Source of the DNA: Chloroflexota bacterium
GTDB taxonomy: Bacteria > Chloroflexota > UBA11872 > VXOZ01
Direction of reading: 5' to 3'
NCBI GenBank assembly: GCA_965221905.1
Contig: OZ244922.1
Location: 32,001 to 96,000 of the forward strand
DNA length: 64,000 bases
A program made the translations under genes and the position numbers. The notes under the pieces were generated by a model. It had not been told where the DNA came from. It was given only the letters and a program-made list of their open reading frames with translations, and searched no databases. Every line of letters begins with the position of its first letter. Position 1 is the first letter of the stretch. This document shows positions 61,451 to 64,000 of this stretch, piece by piece.

Positions 61451-62263
61451 ATGAGTGTGCAACGCCAGGATTTGCTGCAGGGCACGGCTACTGCTGACGC
61501 CGTCACTGAATCGCTCCGCGCGGAACTTCGCGACGTTTCTTTTGGCTACCGCGAAGACCAACCGATCTTCAGCGGGTTTTCCTGGCAGATCACGCCCGGC
61601 GATGCTTGGGCGGTGATCGGCCCCTCAGGCTGCGGCAAGTCAACGCTGCTCTATCTCCTCACGGGGCTGCGCCAGCCCCAGGCAGGAAGTGTGCGTGTGG
61701 ACGGCGGGGCAGTGGGTAAACCGCACCCGGGCAGTATGACGGGACTGATCCTGCAGGACTACGGCCTGCTGCCGTGGGCGACGGTGTGGGACAATGTGCG
61801 CCTCGGCCTGCAGTTGCGCGGCGTGGCTCGCGCACAGCAGGAAGAGCAGGTCGCCTACTGGCTGGAGCGACTCGACATTGCCGCCCTCAGGGACCACTAC
61901 CCCGCGCAAATCTCCGGCGGCCAACGCCAGCGCGCGGCTATCGCCCGCACCCTTGTCTTCCAGCCGAATCTGCTGCTTATGGATGAACCGTTTAACTCGC
62001 TTGACGCCCTCACCCGCGAGCGCCTGCAGAACGTCGTCTTGGAATTGATCCAGGAACACGGCCTGACCACGGTGCTCGTGACGCACAATATCGAGGAAGC
62101 GGTCTTTCTGGGCCAGCGCGTGCTCGTGCTCGCGCAGCCGCCCACCGCCGCGACGGTGGTCTTCGAGAACCTCCACGACGAACCCCATGCCTATCGCTCC
62201 GCACCGGCTTTCTTAACCCAATGCACGGTGCTCCGCACGCAACTGGCCGGCTGGGATGAATGA
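61451..62263 (+). CDS. ABC transporter ATP-binding protein (SsuB/TauB-like)
   Basis: GPSGCGKST, ISGGQRQR, LLLMDEPF, VTHNIEEAVFL. Confidence 0.93.
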   Translation: MSVQRQDLLQGTATADAVTESLRAELRDVSFGYREDQPIFSGFSWQITPGDAWAVIGPSGCGKSTLLYLLTGLRQPQAGSVRVDGGAVGKPHPGSMTGLILQDYGLLPWATVWDNVRLGLQLRGVARAQQEEQVAYWLERLDIAALRDHYPAQISGGQRQRAAIARTLVFQPNLLLMDEPFNSLDALTRERLQNVVLELIQEHGLTTVLVTHNIEEAVFLGQRVLVLAQPPTAATVVFENLHDEPHAYRSAPAFLTQCTVLRTQLAGWDE

Positions 62264-62754
62264 GCTCTGCCCAGATTCCTCAAGGCAGTGCGCGGTATAC
62301 TAAGCTGGGTGAAGACGCATTTGTCGTCTCCGCACCATCGTCATTTTTCCCGCTCTGCACCTGACGCGTACTGATCTGGAGCGGGGGACAAGCCCCCATG
62401 CTACGCTTTGGCGGCAGTGGCTCCCAGGGGCGAGTAGTGAAATATCGCGGATACAAGCTTTGTCACTCCGGCGGATGCCGGAGCCTAGGCAGGCGGCGAG
62501 GATGGAATTCGTCCCCGCATTAAGTACGGGGTAGGCACTGCGCCAGACGTACGGAGCCGGGTGTACTCCGGTTCCAACCAAAATGACTGGATTGCATGAA
62601 CGTTCAACCTATACGCCGAAACTTACCAGAAAGTTGGTGCAGATCGATCACTCTCTTCCACGCCAATGACTGAACCTTCTAATTGGCCATGATATTTGCC
62701 GGCGCGTTAGAGCTTAGCCTATAGTCGCCAATCCCAGTTGCAATTGGATATACC

Positions 62755-63567
62755 ATGAAATCTATTCCGCACTACATAATGAGCAAGGACAACCCGCAGA
62801 TCAAGCGGGTGCGGGCGCTGCTGCAATCGTCGCGGCAGCGGCGGGAAGAGCGGGCGTTTGTCGTTGAGGGGGTGCGTCTGGTTGAGGAGGCGCTCGCTGC
62901 CGAACGGGTGTCCACGCTCTTCGTCTGCCCCGATTTGCTTGCCTCTCACGCGCGCAGCCGCGCATTCCTCGACAGTCTCCAAGACCATAGCAGCCGCCTC
63001 ACCATCCATGTTGAGCCAAGCGTTTTTGCGCCGCTGGCGGATACAGCCACGCCCCAGGGAGTGGTGGCGGTTTGCACAATGCCGCAGGAGACCACATTGG
63101 AGCCTCCGGTTGCGCTGGCGGTTTTGCTGGATGGTGTCCAGGATCCGGGAAATGCCGGGATGATTTTGCGCGCCGCCGCAGCCGCCAATGCCGACGCTGT
63201 GGTCTTTGGGCCCGGCAGCGTTGATCCGTATAATCCGAAGGTGCTGCGCGGGGCGATGGGCGGCCATTTTCGTACGGCGCTGCACGACGTTCGGGGCGAA
63301 GCCGCCGTACGCGCGTGCGCCGGCCTGTTTGCGCAACGCGTCGTGGCTTCGGCCCGGGACGGCGCGCGCTACGACACGATTGATTGGACCGAGCCGACCT
63401 TGCTGATCGTGGGCGCGGAGGCCCATGGAGCCAGCGAGCTGGGCAGCAGCCTGCAAACCGCCGCCGCATCGATTCCGCTGGCGAGGGGCATTGAGTCCCT
63501 CAACGTGGCGATGGCTGCGGGCGTCTTGCTCTTCGAGGCGGTGCGGCAAAGGCAGAGCGAATCATAG
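62755..63567 (+). CDS. TrmH/SpoU-family RNA methyltransferase
   Basis: SKDNPQIK, FVVEG, TPQG, QDPGNAG, GAEAHG, ESLNVAMA. Confidence 0.93.
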   Translation: MKSIPHYIMSKDNPQIKRVRALLQSSRQRREERAFVVEGVRLVEEALAAERVSTLFVCPDLLASHARSRAFLDSLQDHSSRLTIHVEPSVFAPLADTATPQGVVAVCTMPQETTLEPPVALAVLLDGVQDPGNAGMILRAAAAANADAVVFGPGSVDPYNPKVLRGAMGGHFRTALHDVRGEAAVRACAGLFAQRVVASARDGARYDTIDWTEPTLLIVGAEAHGASELGSSLQTAAASIPLARGIESLNVAMAAGVLLFEAVRQRQSES

Positions 63568-63684
63568 CCTAAAGGCGAACGCAGGCTAATTAGGAGTGAA
63601 GGCCGTGGTGGGGAGACAAGCGTTCGGACAGCAGAGTCGCGTGCCGCACGAAGCAATAGATGCTAGCAAAATGGATATTCGCGT

Positions 63685-64000
63685 ATGAACCAGGACTCTG
63701 TTTTCATCGAAGGCATGCGCTTAGCCGCGCACATTGGCGTATCGACAGAGGAGCGCGACACGCCGCAAGTGTTGCGCTTTGACATAACGCTCCTCTGCGA
63801 CCTGCGCCGCGCGGGCGCGAGCGACGACGTTAACGACTCAATCGACTACGGGGCAGTCTACCGGCAGGTTGTAGACGTGGTGGAGAGTACGCCATGTAAG
63901 CTCTTGGAATTCTTGGCTGCCCGCATCGCTGCCGCGCTGCTTGCGAAGTTTCCCGCGTGTAATGAGGTGCGCGTCCGCGTCGGCAAGCCAGCGCTCTTTC
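63685..64000 (+). CDS. folB: Dihydroneopterin aldolase (runs off the window end)
   Basis: Translated by eye: MNQDSVFIEGMRLAAHIGVSTEER...SDDVNDSIDYG...KLLEFLA...VRVGKP. Confidence 0.9.
   Translation, partial: MNQDSVFIEGMRLAAHIGVSTEERDTPQVLRFDITLLCDLRRAGASDDVNDSIDYGAVYRQVVDVVESTPCKLLEFLAARIAAALLAKFPACNEVRVRVGKPALF

Noticed and set aside
1-64000. tRNA, rRNA, riboswitch, CRISPR array, prophage or integrase
   Set aside because: None recognised by eye on either strand; a covariance-model search would be needed to exclude small RNAs

Overview
High-GC bacterial chromosome segment with about 48 genes. It is most likely Chloroflexota, and possibly a sponge-type symbiont (inferred from plant-type LRR and ankyrin proteins plus very dense intergenic palindromes). 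Housekeeping genes (nadD, rsfS, mutS2, aroQ, leuB, rnj, ftsK, pyrG, ubiX, a TrmH-family methyltransferase, partial folB) are mixed with carbohydrate and amino-sugar enzymes and orphan accessory genes. I saw no rRNA, tRNA or CRISPR array. The most distinctive signal is non-coding: at least six REP-like palindrome families, which are themselves targeted by smaller elements. These are a GAGACC...GGTCTC MITE family inserted in the loop of one REP (6-bp TSD CTCAAT), a TG...CA MITE inserted in another REP (5-bp TSD GGAAT), and a ~25-nt hairpin module found inside three different REP families. A complete MmeI-like Type IIL R-M gene, translationally coupled to a doubly deleted IS1595 transposase stub, sits between ends of the GAGACC MITE. 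Other candidates are a Schlafen/AlbA-HATPase plus ParA-like ATPase operon (possible defence system), a BacNav-like channel with a TMDGW filter and a reduced voltage sensor, and an amber-interrupted Cache lipoprotein. Family assignments come from motif recognition by eye; no database search was run.
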